From: Podarcis tiliguerta
Lineage: Eukaryota
Assembly (NCBI GenBank): GCA_965153285.1
Contig: OZ229111.1
Length of the DNA stretch: 64,000 bases
Direction: 5' to 3' (one strand)
Positions 26,658 to 39,676 of the stretch are shown piece after piece (positions within the stretch are counted from its first letter, which is position 1; each line of letters starts with the position of its first letter). Under the pieces are notes generated by a model. The model made no database searches. It had not been told where the DNA came from and worked only from the letters and a program-made list of their open reading frames with translations. The position numbers were made by a program, and so were the translations under genes.

Positions 26658-27313
26658 ATGACAAGTCATGCACCTAATAAATGCACTAATGCAACCTTTC
26701 CCAACCTGTTGGCTGCCAGATGTTGTTAGACTACAACTCCCATCAGCCCCAGCCAGTATAGCCGATGGTCAGGTATGATGGGAATTGTAGTCTAAACAGC
26801 TAGAAAGACCTAGTTAGCAGAGGCAGCACTAAGGAGATTTCACACCAGCAGTGACTGCAGATTGTTATGGAGAAATCTAAATTAAAATTGAAAATTAAAC
26901 AGGTTGGCATTTTGATGATGGCATGTGGATGCTGCAAAATCTTGTGCGCGCGAACAGCACAGATTTCACAACAAACCCGCATCTGGAAGCACCCTATAAT
27001 GTACTTCTATGTAGCTGTGACTGCCAAAAGCTTAAAACAAGACGGAGATTCCTTGTGTTGCCTTTGCATAATGTTGGCTGTGGAAATACAACAAAAGAAA
27101 GTTGAGCAATCAATCGATTTCCACATAAGAGATTCCTTTTTCCAAAGAGCAGAAGGCCTTGTGGCACTTCCCATAAACCTGGAATATCCTGAATATAATT
27201 GCAGCGTCTCCTGCAGGTGTGAGACAATCCTGTTTGGGGAAGGAGTGGGTGAAGAGACAACAGAGTTTGAAGAATCAAGAGAAATATTCTCAAGGGAGAT
27301 TTTCACTAGCAAT

Positions 27314-27599
27314 CAGGAGTGCCAACTTGAATAAAATAATGGGGTGGAGTAGGGGCAGGTAAGCCCTTCCCATGACACAGTGCACACACATCGTAATCTG
27401 GGTAACTGGGTTCGCGTCTCCGCTCCTCCACCTGCAGCTGCTGGGTGACCTTGGGCCAGTCATAGTCTCTCAGCCCCACTCACCTCACAGAGTGTTTGTT
27501 GTGGGGGAGGAAGGGAAAGGAGAATGTTAGCCGCTTTGAGACTCCTTAAAGGGAGTGAAAGGCGGGATATCAAATCCAAACTCTTCTCTTCTTCCTGTA
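27314..27599. mobile_element. hAT MITE (same family as 25779-25967) interrupted by a SINE
   Basis: Left end caggagtgccaacttgaataaaat. 8-bp TSD CTAGCAAT at 27306-27313 and 27600-27607. Confidence 0.7.
27391..27593 (+). mobile_element. 5'-truncated Squam3-like tRNA-derived SINE
   Basis: GGGTTCGCGTCTCCGCTCCTCCAC...GTTAGCCGCTTTGAGACTCC...CAAATCCAAACTCTTC(T)n, matching the recalled squamate SINE consensus. Confidence 0.8.
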
Positions 27600-30019
27600 C
27601 TAGCAATGCTGCTATTTGCCCTCGGTAGGGCTGTAGAGCTTTCCGGGTTGTAACTGTCCTTTTACAAATGAATGTTGGGATTGTAAAATTATCTGCATTG
27701 GCCCCACAGCCAGCCTTTGTGAAACTGAAAATAAAGTTGGCAGGAGCCCTCTAGGCAGACCAAGCGTAAATGCTAACCTGTGCTCCTTATTTACTGCTAC
27801 CTTTTCATTTGCTCGTCATGAGAATCGTGTGGTGAATCTGTGTGGAATGAATGTCATGCACATAGTGCTGTCTGTTAAGGACTTGGGAGAGAAGTGTGTC
27901 TCCCCTGTGATGAATGACTTCATTGCTCCACTTTTGGTCAGGTCATTCCTCGCAAGTGACGTCTGGCAGCTATCTGTCTGTGACATAGTCTGTTTACCCA
28001 GCTATGGAAATATTTAAAACAAACTGTAATGACATTTTCTTCCTCCAGAAATACATCTGGAGAGAGCTTAGCTATGTGGGCAGTAGGTGTAAACAAATAT
28101 TTGGAGTCATCCCGACCTCTTTACTTTCCCTTTCCCCACCCCCTCTTTTTCTGCATGTTCATGCAGAGAAACAACATTTTAGTCTACTGCATTGACTAAA
28201 AACACGGAATCCTGAAAATCGCCCATTTTCCTTTGGGGTGATAGCTGAGTGATGTGCAGGTGGATAACCTGAGCCATCCAAGCTGTGTGTGAGCAGCCGC
28301 CTCTTGAGTTGTTACTTCTGTTCTTAGATGTATTTTATGTACCTCTGCTAAAGAGCACTTTAGGTATTCCTGTGAGGGGCTCTTTAAACCAGCCGTATGT
28401 GAATCTTCATTGAACTTACGCCAACACCACGTTCTGGTTTGATCTGCGTTATTAATTGCTTATCAAAAAGGAAAGAGGTGACGGCGCACAAAGCAGAAAG
28501 TGCAGAGCATAAAGCAAACAGCGGAGCCAGTGACCTTTCCAAGCCCACAGCCTCTCTCCCTCTCCCTCTCTCTAATGCCACATTGATCAGGACCTTAAGG
28601 GGAACTGTGCTAAATGATGAGGGCAGCAAGGTCCTTGGCCATCTGCTGTTTCCCAGACAAGAGCACTGAAGGCTCAGATTATGCTGATCTGCATAATCCA
28701 TTATTATTGCTGTGAGAATTCGAGAGTGTGGTGCAGCTAACTTGCCTGCCGTTTGAGGCTTTTTCTTTTACGTTGCAGTGGCAGGAGAGGCATGGCCCGT
28801 ATCCTTGCAGCAGGACTGGGTCTGTGGCTTCCTGTTTGTAGGTGGGGGTGGGGGGCAGAGCGGCCATTTTGCCAGGGCCTCAATTTGGACCCGGGGGGGG
28901 GGGGGAGGATTTGATAAGTTTTGCAACTTGTTTTTGTGCACATAAGACAAAAATGTGGCACAGTCTTTCAGCTCGGAGCCACGACTTGAAGCAAATAAGA
29001 TATGACTTCATAAAATACATGCTTTTGCTTCAGTAATTAGTGTATTTGCACCAGAGAGGGATAGAAAAGCATTCAGTCAATAATTAAAAATAAAATAGAA
29101 TTGTGTGCTTTTCTTTTTTGTCTTGTTTTCCTGTGCTCTTTTTTTTAAAATAAATAAATAAATAAATTATTTTTGGTTATGCCTAAGGGACTTAAAACCT
29201 GGAAGTGGCCTGGACCTATGAGAAGGCCTGGTTGTTTGTGCAAGAACAATACCTCTTGGTTTGCTCAGCAGTGCATCCATTTTACATTCTGGCAAATGGG
29301 TCCGCTGCAGTATTGCACTAGACAGTGGTATCCCCGCCCTCCCTTTCCTCCCTCCCCGTTTAGAGAAGGTTTCTCAGCACAGAATGCAACCTTGCCAAGA
29401 AATATACAGTGCATGGGAATAGTTTAGAGATGATGTATCCAGGCTGAGGAAGCACTTGGATTCTTTCAGAGGGGAGCAGCTGAGAGGGAATTAGCCATCC
29501 AGAGAGAGAGTGGCTGCTTGTCGATCTCCCAGTGATAATACCGTAACTAAAATTAACCATGTCAAAGTCCAGCTGTCTAGCCAGCCTCTCCCTATAAATT
29601 GTTGTTTGGGTTGTGATAACTGCTGATAAAAGAGAAATGGAATAAGCTGACGCAACCCAGGCGACATAAGGGTTTGCTTTGGTGTACCTTAACAGGTGGG
29701 CAAATTGGGGTGGTCCATTTGCTTCACTTCTGCTTGTTTGTGTAAATGGCAACTTGTGTTCTGCCTGGCTGTTCCAACGGCGAGTGTGTTTTGTGTGAGA
29801 AGCATATAACCCTAAATGCTGACCACTGCAGGTATTGCGTGGACTTTGAAACCGCTAATTCCAAAGGGACTCAGTGTTTTGCAACAAGGTGTTTTGCTTG
29901 CTGATACTTTCTCTTTGGAGATGTGTCCTTGTTTCGAACTGGTGGCTTCACAGCTTGGGATATACCTCAGCCAGGGCCTGCCTTTGGTCTCGAGCATTTT
30001 GTGTCAGGCAAGTGGGTAG

Positions 30020-30151
30020 ATGATGATGATAACAATAATAACAATAATTTATTTATACCCCGCCCATCTGGCTGGGTTTCCCCAGGCACTCAGGCCAGCT
30101 CCCAACAGAATTTAAAGCACAATAAAACATCAAACATTAAAAACCTCCCTT
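30020..30151 (-). mobile_element. L2-clade LINE 3' tail fragment
   Basis: Same 3' motif as 5918-6320 (atttataccccgcccatctggctgggtttcccc). Confidence 0.7.
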
Positions 30152-31874
30152 AACAACAACAACAATCATATACCACCCTTCATCATAAGATATTAGTTCA
30201 CAGAATATAATACAAGATAAAAACACAAGTAAACAAAACAGAACAACAAAACAATACCCCCCAAGCTTCCGAGTCTGCTGCTGCCCCAGCCACTCAAATG
30301 AGCACTTTGTGGCCCCATGCCAGGAACCAGGAGCAAGCAGCACCCATTATTCTCAACCATTCTCAGAAGTATATGGGTCCCCACCCCAGCACTTTGGGCC
30401 AGACTTCCCCCACCTGATGACCTACATATCCCCCCATCTGTGACCAGCAGCCATGCCGGATGGGGCTATGGGGCTTTTCAGTCAGACACCTGGGGAGCGT
30501 CAGGTTGGGGGAGGCTGTTTGTGGCTCTTATTGATCCTAAACGAGGGATGGGGCAGGGGGGGTTCTTTCTGCATAAGGTCTGACTGAGCAGAAGCCCAAG
30601 GCTGCCCTTGCCACCACTACGCAGCAGCACAGAGGATCAGATGTTGAATGATTTCCTAGCTAACAGGAGGTGCTTCTGGGCCTCTTAATGCAACCTCACT
30701 TCACTCGAGATGGGTTTTGAGAATGTGCTCTTGCATGTTTTCATCCACAGCTATTCTCTGGAGGGTGGGGAAGAAACTCAGACTTAGCCTACAAAAAGTG
30801 TTCATTTCAAAAAATCCCAACATGGGCAGTGTAACACTGATTTATTTATTTATTTTTAACCAGCAGCTTCAAATGGTGGCAAATTTACATAGCTCCCCCA
30901 AAATCCTAACCCAGTGTTATGATTAGAAAGTGCATTGTGCGTTAATTACTTTAATGAGTGAAATAAGAACGCTTCAGGCAATTATAGCTTAATAGGCTTG
31001 TGCTAATTAGAAATTAATTTCAACAACTAGCAGGCAAATCCTTTCTCTGTTTTAAACCTGTGCTTTTCATTCTACTCCCTGGATACTGAAGCAAAGTCTG
31101 ACAAAGGAGCTTGTAATTTAACACAAGCCGTCTGGAGACTTGCAAGGCAGGACCCAGCAATTGCCTGTTGCAAATCCTCCCTTCAGCTAATGAAGTTTTT
31201 ACTAGCTTATAAACCTCACATAAAAATGGCATGGAAACGGCAACTATGCTCTAAAACTCACTGATGCACTAAGGAAGTATAAACTGTCGTAGGAGGGGAG
31301 GGTGTCTACTGCTAGGAAGGCTATTTCTCTTCGTGTGGAAAAAGGCAAGGGGAATGACATTTCTTTCAATCCTTCCCAGGTGTTCTGATAAAATAGCTTT
31401 TGTGGGACTGTCATACCTGATAGAAACCTCTCCCTTTACAAGGAGACTGCTCATAAAAGCCAAAATACTGAGATCTAAATTCAGAACTATCAAATCAGAG
31501 TGGTTTGGGATTTTTGACTTTTTGCCGGGATAGGGGCTGGCTGTCTTTTTGTGTCTGTTTTGTCTTTGCTTAAATGAAACACTTCCTTCAGATTTGTTTG
31601 GCGGAAGCAAGCTTCAAGCAGCTATTCTATTTTCATTTGATATAAATACCATCAAAGTGTTTGGGGCTTCTGTGTTTTTGCAGACCAAGTATCCAGTTTC
31701 CATGTGTTCAGTAGAGCTTAATAAACTAGTTTCTAAATGCTGTGGTCTCTCAGGACAGCCTGATAAAGTGTGGTCTCTCAATGTTTTCTGGGATTCTACT
31801 CCCCTCTCTGCCTTTTCCTTCAAAGGATCAGGATATCCTAAAAACAACCCCAAAACAACCACCATGCAAGGCAT

Positions 31875-31965
31875 TTATAATTTTTTATTATGTTTTTATG
31901 TATGTTGGAAGCCGCCCAGAGTGGTTGGGGCAGACCAGTCATATGGTGGGGTACAAATAAATTAT
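31875..31965 (+). mobile_element. L2-clade LINE 3' tail fragment
   Basis: ggaagccgcccagagtggttggggcagaccagtcatatggtggggtacaaataaattatt. Confidence 0.65.
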
Positions 31966-33506
31966 TTTCTGATTTAAGCTGCAAATACCAGCCCTTTCGG
32001 AGGAATCTAAGAAATGCAATTGAATTCCTTATAGGTTAAATAGCACTGCAGTATGTACTGGGCAATTTTAATCAGAAATTTCTTATTAGACATTGCCTTC
32101 ATCCAGATGAACCCACAGCCCAAATGCTTACCTGTTCATATTAATTTTGCCATATGAATTCAATAATCTCCCAAACTTCTAAACTGAAAAAAACTACAGT
32201 AATCAGAGAAGCAATCGAAGGAGTTGTCAGATGCAGGAAATAATCAGAATCAGCTTTTGAATTATGAGGGAGAATTCCTGGGGCCACTTAACAGAAGATG
32301 ATCTGGGCTTGGGAAGAAGGGGCAGTTGACTCTTCCATCACTCTAATACTGCCACAAGGCTCAACAAGGCCTGGTGACATTCTTTTGCTGCTGTAAGTAT
32401 CAGGCCAGTGAAGAAGTGAAGGCCTTGCCTGGCTCTCGTGAACCAATAACATTGTTTTAAAAATAGGTTAAAATATGATCAAATGATCCCAGTGGACAAC
32501 TTGTAGCATGGTAGTTAATGCCCACTGTGCATTGTACAGCATTAATAAGAAATTATGAGGTCAAGTAAAAAAAACCATTGGTGTGAACATTATGCAGTTC
32601 AGCACCTAAAGGAAATGAGAATGTTATTATGTAAAAGTTAGGAATCTCCATTTATTTCCAATCTGTTGCTTGCAATTGGCCTTTAAACATACTGGCTATC
32701 TTTCCCCCGTTGCTGTGCTTCATTCTTCAACCTTGGAGAGGTTTTCCCCCTTGCATGATTAAATTCCACTGGCTTTCTATACGAATTGGCAACACATCAA
32801 ATGCCAAACGCTGGATAAGGGAAAAAATTGTGCTGCTGAACAATGTTGCTAGTGATTCCATTATGACTTAACCCATATCTATATCGTTAAAATGCACACA
32901 CATACGCATCTAATATATAAATCACGAACATATAAATGTGGATGTGCAGCTGTTTTTATTCCCTCTGAATTTTTAGATAGCAAACTTTGAAATTGAGTGA
33001 AAATATGCTGTAGGAAAGAACTACTCAATACTTAGAATATAGTTTTGACCCGGATCATGACTTTATTGTAACAACACATTCTACACCAGTTATGAAGATG
33101 ATAATAAGAGTCAAAGAAATAATTTATGATTCATTCATCAGCACCCTCTAGTATAGAAGTAGCCAAAGTGGTGTTCTACAGATGTTTTTGAATCCAAACT
33201 CCCATCATCTGACCATTAGCCTTGCGGGCTGAGCTTGCCCAGAGTCTAGTAGTTAGTAGCAGGCATCATGGGTTGTTGTGAGGCCAAAACTACTAAAACA
33301 GTTTGGTAAACTTAAAATGCTCTTGCAAAAAAAATAGGAGAGTGCAGAGAATAGTACAAATGAGAAATAGTATTTTCCCGTAGTTCCATAATTTATAGGG
33401 TCCTTGTTAACAGCTCTGTGTGGCACCTTTAGATGTAACTGTATGCTTCAATCCTGTCTATAACATGAAGCAGTCCCCATGGAATTAAGTAGGGATTACT
33501 TCTGTG

Positions 33507-33992
33507 CAGGGTTGGCCCACCCATGAGGCATGGTGAGGCAACTGCCTCAGACAAGCAGGATCCACAAGGACAGCAGACCAGCCTCTAAGGAATGCATTGC
33601 CCACTGCTGCTGCCACAGTGGCAGCAACAGCTGTGGTGCGGTGTGGTGCACACCTTGGAGGCTGGATCTGCCACATCCTTGGAAGCCGCCCCCCCCCCAG
33701 CATGTCACTTCCTACAGTGGCCTCTTGGCGAAGTGCTGCTAGTCTCCTTTTACCCCCAGGGAGGAAATAGAAAGAGTTTTCTGGCGTCTCCTGGGGTCTG
33801 CACCCACCCCACAACAGCCTTTGATTCCCACTTCAGCCATTGGGTAGGGTTGGTTTGATTCCCACCCCTTGTTCCAAATGTAGGTCTTTATTCCTCCTTG
33901 TCCCTGATTTTCACTGCCCCTTCTTCCCTGGCAGATGGGGGACGCCATTTTGTGGTTGGCCTCAGGGGCCCAAATGTCTTGAGCTGGCCCTG
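33507..33992. mobile_element. Non-autonomous hAT element
   Basis: Termini CAGGGTTGGC...GCTGGCCCTG with a perfect 8-bp TSD CTTCTGTG (33499-33506, 33993-34000). Confidence 0.88.
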
Positions 33993-35833
33993 CTTCTGTG
34001 TAACGCACAGTTTCTTTGGCAGGAACCCACACAAAGTCCAGAATAATAATGCTCTTCACTAACCAGCTGCTAATAATAATTCAGAAATACTGGTTTTAAA
34101 AAATCACACCCAAGCGTGTGATATGTGTGTCCATGTGAATACTTAAAATTTATATTTTGGATGTGATCCAGTGATGTATAAGAACACACATTTATATCTC
34201 CAAGTTGTGAATTCCCGAATGCAAAAAACATGCCAGAAATGCTCAAGCTTCAAGGCTGGTTTCTAAAGAGATAGGATTCTTTTAAATCTCTTTCTCCCTC
34301 CCTCTCCCCTAAGCCTCTGGGTCTGAGGCACCATGACCCTCTCTTCTAGAATTGTCAATATTGGTTATCTGAAGTAATTCCAAGAAAGAACACATTCCCT
34401 GAACTAGTGAGTACATCTCTTTTGAGCATTTTTGTAGTGCTAGGTCATCCAGTCTTCTGCAAAACCCTGTAGATATATTCAACTGTATATAGAAATGGAA
34501 GAATAATGTGCTTACTTCTTCATTTGATTATTTGTTAAATATTGTAAATGTTTTAAATATGCCCATTTGCAGCTTATTATGCTCGCTGTTAATAATGTGC
34601 CATAAAAAATGGGCGCAGAACCCATGTGCTCATTCAGCGGTCTGTTTTTGTTGCTGAGTTCCTCAGGCATAGGATTACTGGGAAGAAGCATGAGTGGCAC
34701 CATCTTGGGCTTATTCTGCACCACTGTAGCACCCCTAGACTCCCCTGTCATTGAGTGCAATTCACTGGGGCAGCCCCTCATTTTTCCTGAGTTCCCAGCC
34801 ATGGAAGCAGGAGGTGGTGAAAGCAAGCCTGGCTAAAGTGAGCTGTGCGTAGCGATTTATCCATGACCTGGCAGAGAGCATCCTGCGCCACATGCACCAC
34901 AAATTGCGCAACTAGCGTGGGCTGTGGTGGCACAACTAGACAGTTTGTTGGCACAGACACAGGCCCACAATCTGATCTGTCTGTCCAAGCTGCACCACTA
35001 CCTGCTTGGTGCAATTCACAAGGGTCCCTATATTTCGTTTTGGAGCAACTACAATTTTAGGCCTGAGCTGTGGCATGCTGGATAACATGCCACCCCCAAT
35101 CTCCAGGGGGTTCTGGGTCTTTACCCAGGTCTGTTTCCTTTTGGAAAATAAGGCACAGTGGAGACTGTAGGGTCTTTCTGATACATGGTTTTGTTTACAC
35201 ACATATACAATCTGAGCCTACGATGGTGGTGTTCACAGCATTAACACTCCCAAGAAGTTCTTGCTTCTTCTTGGGTCCAAACAGAAATCTGCCATTGCTG
35301 TCTGAATCTCTTTTCAAGCTTGCTGTGTTTTAAAGATTGCCACCATTTTCCTCCAGCCCACATCATTCCAAACTGTAATCCTAAAACTCTCCACTCTGCT
35401 TTGTCTCTCAGAGTTCAGAGACGGACTCCATCCATTTGCTGGCTAGCAAAAAGACTTTGCTGATGGCCCATCTTCCCTGTATTTGTTGTCTGTTAATAGC
35501 CTATCTCTCAGGCGATCTCGTGAACATCGGAAATTGATTTGGCCTGTATTTTAACACTTTGCTAAATCCAGTGTCTGGCAGGCAATGTTAACACCCCAAA
35601 CATAATTACATTATCTATCAGACCCAGTAATGTAGGGGAATCTGGCACCACAAACCGTGGCACCTACAACTCATAACAATATTGTTGCTAATCACTTTTA
35701 GATGTTCCAAAGGAAGTGGTTCACAAATGGAATAAAATAAATAATGAGACCACAACTCCTAACTGCTCAGGTTTCATGAAGCGCTTTTTCTGAGAACTGT
35801 GAAAGAAGAGGAGGGGAGGACAAGCTTTTTACC

Positions 35834-35879
35834 AAAAAAAAAAAAAAGAAAAGAAAAAAAAGAAAAAGAAAGAAAGAAA

Positions 35880-35915
<36 letters not shown>

Positions 35916-35920
35916 AAAAA
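35834..35920. repeat. A-rich/(GAAA)n microsatellite
   Basis: Directly visible; explains the K/E/R-rich and F/S/L-rich ORFs here. Confidence 0.95.
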
Positions 35921-38077
35921 CCAGTTACTTTCCACCCCACCCATGTTACTTGTGGTGTCTAGCCTGTTACAAGGCATAGTCCTGAAGACTAGGTTTATAC
36001 TGGAAAAGATAGATATCTTAAAATACCCATGCAAATCCATTGTTACTTAAGTTATATTTCATAGTAAATTGTTCCTAGGTGTGATGATACATTATGCCTA
36101 AGGCCCAAGTACCTGCAAAGAGAGCTTTGTGGCTGGCACTGCAGTGGCACTGCTGTACCTGACTTTTCCCTGATTATTACAGAGGCAATGTAAATCGACT
36201 AGTTAGGGACCCTGGGCATGGAGTCCAGCTCACCAGCTTTAAAATTATTCAGGTTTACTAGTGTTCAAATCTGGTACAGCAGACGAAAGGAAAAGGGTTG
36301 GTCATTATATATACATTATATGTAAAGAAAGTGTATGTACACAACAAGGCACCTGTACATCAGTTGGTCAGCCAATGCTCAGCTAAATGTGAGATCTTTC
36401 TCAGATGATGATACAGAATTTCTATATTGAAATATCAATTTGTGATAGGTCCTTCACACATGCAGTCAGTGAATAATGATCATCCGTGTTGTGGCTTTTG
36501 CTTTGCTAATAAAGCATGCAAATCACCCACATATTGGCAATAGAGATTCTGGCTGGTGGCTAGTCTTATAAAATAACACCACTCCAATCCTATCTACTGC
36601 TTGATAATTGCCTTTCTCAAATTTCAAAGTGTCCATAATTTTTATCTTGTCAGATCCAGTAGAAGTTCTATCAACCCCAGGGTGACTCCTTACCCACCAG
36701 GTATTATTGGACTACAGCCCACAACCTCCTTGATCAATGGCCAATGAGCTGGAGTTCAATAACATGGCAGCCCATAGGTTAGTCACCCTGAATTTTGCTG
36801 AAATTGCATTCTGTTGCCTGTCAAAGCACAGCTCACTCCTGGCATCAGATCTCGTTCTCATAATGGCTGGTTTTATTTCATCCAAGAAGGCTAGGAATTT
36901 ACTGCTTAATGAACCTCTCTGTTCACTGGTCTTATCATAGGTTCTTCCATGAATTCAATCAACATGACTGGTTTTAATACATAAACATGTGCTTTCCAAG
37001 AATTGTGATAACCTTTTAATTAGTATTTAGTTGTGTGTGTCTGTTGGACAGACATAAAGTGTAGCCCAGCCACAACTGAAATAGATTCTGCGTAGCAACA
37101 TCTGCATACTGCTGGTGTACTATAGCATGGCTTAGAATAGCTACATTTGCTTCACATGGAGTTTGTTCCTCACTTCCAGAGGTTTCTAGGGGATGGTGGT
37201 GGTGCAATAAGGCTTCATGTGATGTGAGAGTTCACGAGGCAAGTTGTTCCACTCCCTCCCCACATTGCACAGAAAGATTAGCAGAGTGGGGAGACCTTGG
37301 GGAAGAGATGAAGCAATATAATCTGGCTCCCAATGGCTGCTGGTTATTAATGTGCTAATAGGAATGTCTGGGTGGAGGCTTTTAAGGCAGTAATGGTGAA
37401 CCTGCAGCTCTCCCATCTTACCCAAGCCATCATGGCCAATAATCAGGGAAGATGTGAGTTTTAGGGCACAGTGAACACATTGGCAAAAACGACTTCTTTC
37501 CCCAAATAATAAAAGAACCATGGAGCCCACTGCCTTATCAAGGGCTAATTATTGAATATTTATTTAGCATGGCATTAGTTGCTGTACTCAAAATGGAGCT
37601 GACAGATTGCGTCATAATTTAATCGGCCTTCAGTTGCTTTCCACCACTGCAAAATTCAGGACCCAACTCCTCCAAAGAGTGGGATGAAAGAGCAGGGCTT
37701 GGGATGCCCTTTCTTCCAGCAGGCGGCCTCCCTTCCATCTCTAAACAAGCTGAGCCTGGTGGAAAATGTAACCGAAGAAGTACTGATGAGCTTATTTGTT
37801 GTCCTTAGTTTACAGCTAAGAAGTCTTTTTTTTTTCCTTTTTTTTTTTTTTGTAAGAGGATTTGAACTTAAATAAAAGTCAAAGTTCAGTAGCAGCCCCA
37901 GCTGTGCAAGGAAATGAAGTGTAGGAAGGGGGAGCGGAAAGGAATACACAGGTCATGCTTGCCTGGAGTAGCTTGTTGGACTCTGGCTTGTTGTTGCTGA
38001 GGGTGTGGCCTTTTAGGATCATTGACACATGGACTGGATGAAGATTCTGCCTTGCCTCAAACAGAGGCTTCAATTTA

Positions 38078-38232
38078 GGGCTGCAGCTTAGTGATAGGGC
38101 ATCTGCAGGGTATTCTGAAGGCCCTCGGTTCAGTTCCTGGCATCTCCAGGTAGGACTCAAGAGAGTGTTGAGAGCTGCTTCTAGTCAGTGTAGACCAAAC
38201 TGAGATAGATTAACGGCTTGACTAGCTTTCCT
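38078..38232 (+). mobile_element. Old squamate tRNA-derived SINE (relatives at ~4690-4870 on + and ~23890-24030 on -)
   Basis: Degenerate A/B-box head (gcagcttagtgatagggcatctgc...ggttcagttcctggcatctccagg) and body agtcagtgtagac...actgagatagat. Confidence 0.6.
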
Positions 38233-39125
38233 CTGTCATTACCTAATGAGCATATTTTTAAAATGTATGGATAATTCTTATTTCAAAAATATTTTTTGTT
38301 TAACGACTGCATCTCCAGTCAAAATATTCTAAAGATCGGACAATGCTCATGACCCATATTCCAGAAAACCTGTTGTTTTTCAAAACTAGCCCTGACAAAG
38401 TGCCAAAATGCAGATAAGAGGGCCAAGTACATGGAATTTGTTTTAAAAGGGGAAGGTTGAAGGCAGCTTTTTGTATTTTATACTTGTTTTTAGAAGAGGA
38501 ATGCAGTTCATTTATTATGTCTGGTTCATCTACCAGGGTGCAAGTCTTTGGCTTTTTAGACATACCATACTAGGCAGAAGGAACAGCTCACATGTTGTTA
38601 CATTAGCACCGTACTCTTAGTGTTTGGCTTAAATGCTGTCTCAGCGGGCTTCTCTCAAACCATTCCATCTGGTTTTAGATAATCAACAAGAAGTCTTTTC
38701 CGGGAATGAGTCAGCTCTTCAGTTTGCATCTCCACACACCCTCCTCTCAAAGCCTAGTTAAGTCTTGAGAAACCACTCCTCTTATTGCAGCAGGATGTTT
38801 GAATTTGTAGCATGCTTTACAGATATTTCAAGGATCACTAACTGTGCTTTAGCTGACCTGATTGATTTTTCTGGGAGGGACTCCAAAATATTCTAAAAGG
38901 AAATTTAGAATTCAAAAGGAAATATTCTAACAATAAAAATAGCCCCTCCACTTATATCCTCTTCCACTAAAGACTTGCAAGATATTTTTAATTCGTTAAA
39001 TGTGTTTATATCCCACCCTTCCTGCAAAGCAGACAATGGTGGCTAACATATCGATACTAAAACAATACAACCAAAACTTCTAAAAAGAGTTAAACTCATA
39101 AAAGCAATCACCTACTATTATAACA

Positions 39126-39480
39126 GGGACGCAGGTGGCGCTGTGGGTTAAACAACAGAGCCTAGGACTTGCCGATCAGAAGGTCGGCAGTTCGAATCCC
39201 CGCAACGAGGTGAGCTCCCATTGCTTGGTCCCTGCTCCTGCCAACCTAGCAGTTCGAAAGCACGTCAAAGTGCAAGTAGATAGATAGGTACCGCTCCGGC
39301 GGGAAGGTAAACGGCATTTCTATGCGCTGCTCTGGTTTGCCAGAAACAGCTTAGTCATGCTGCCCACATGACCCGGAAGCTGTACGCCCGCTCCCTTGGC
39401 CAGTAAAGCGAGATGAGCGCCGCAACCCCAGAGTCGGTCACGACTGGACCTAATGGTCAGGGGTCCCTTTACCTTTACTT
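39126..39480 (+). mobile_element. Full-length Sauria SINE (lacertid/Podarcis-type)
   Basis: GGGACGCAGGTGGCGCTGTGGGTTAAA head, B-box GTTCGAATCC, (ACCTTT)n tail. TSD tactattataa/tactatcataa at 39113-39123 and 39481-39491. Confidence 0.93.
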
Positions 39481-39540
39481 TACTATCATAATTCATCATT
39501 TCAGGGTGCCCAGGGTCTTTCAGCCATCAAACACCAAGGC

Positions 39541-39676
39541 CAGGCATAGGCAAACTCGGCCCTCCAGATGTTTTGGGACTACAACTCCCATCATCCCTGA
39601 CCACTGGTCCTGTTAGCTAGGGATGATCGGAGTTGTAGTCCCAAAACATCTGGAGGGCCGAGTCTGCCTATGCCTG
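39541..39676. mobile_element. Palindromic hAT-like MITE (136 bp)
   Basis: ~58-bp near-perfect inverted arms CAGGCATAGGCAAACTCGGCCCTCCAGATGTTTTGGGACTACAACTCCCATCATCCCT. Degenerate relatives at ~3960-4040, 26690-26800, 33160-33240, 36690-36790, 52120-52255 and 60140-60260. Confidence 0.88.

Noticed and set aside
39128-39143. CTCF-like motif GACGCAGGTGGCGCTG between the convergent genes
   Set aside because: It is the A-box region of a Sauria SINE and lacks the conserved 5' CC of the CTCF core.
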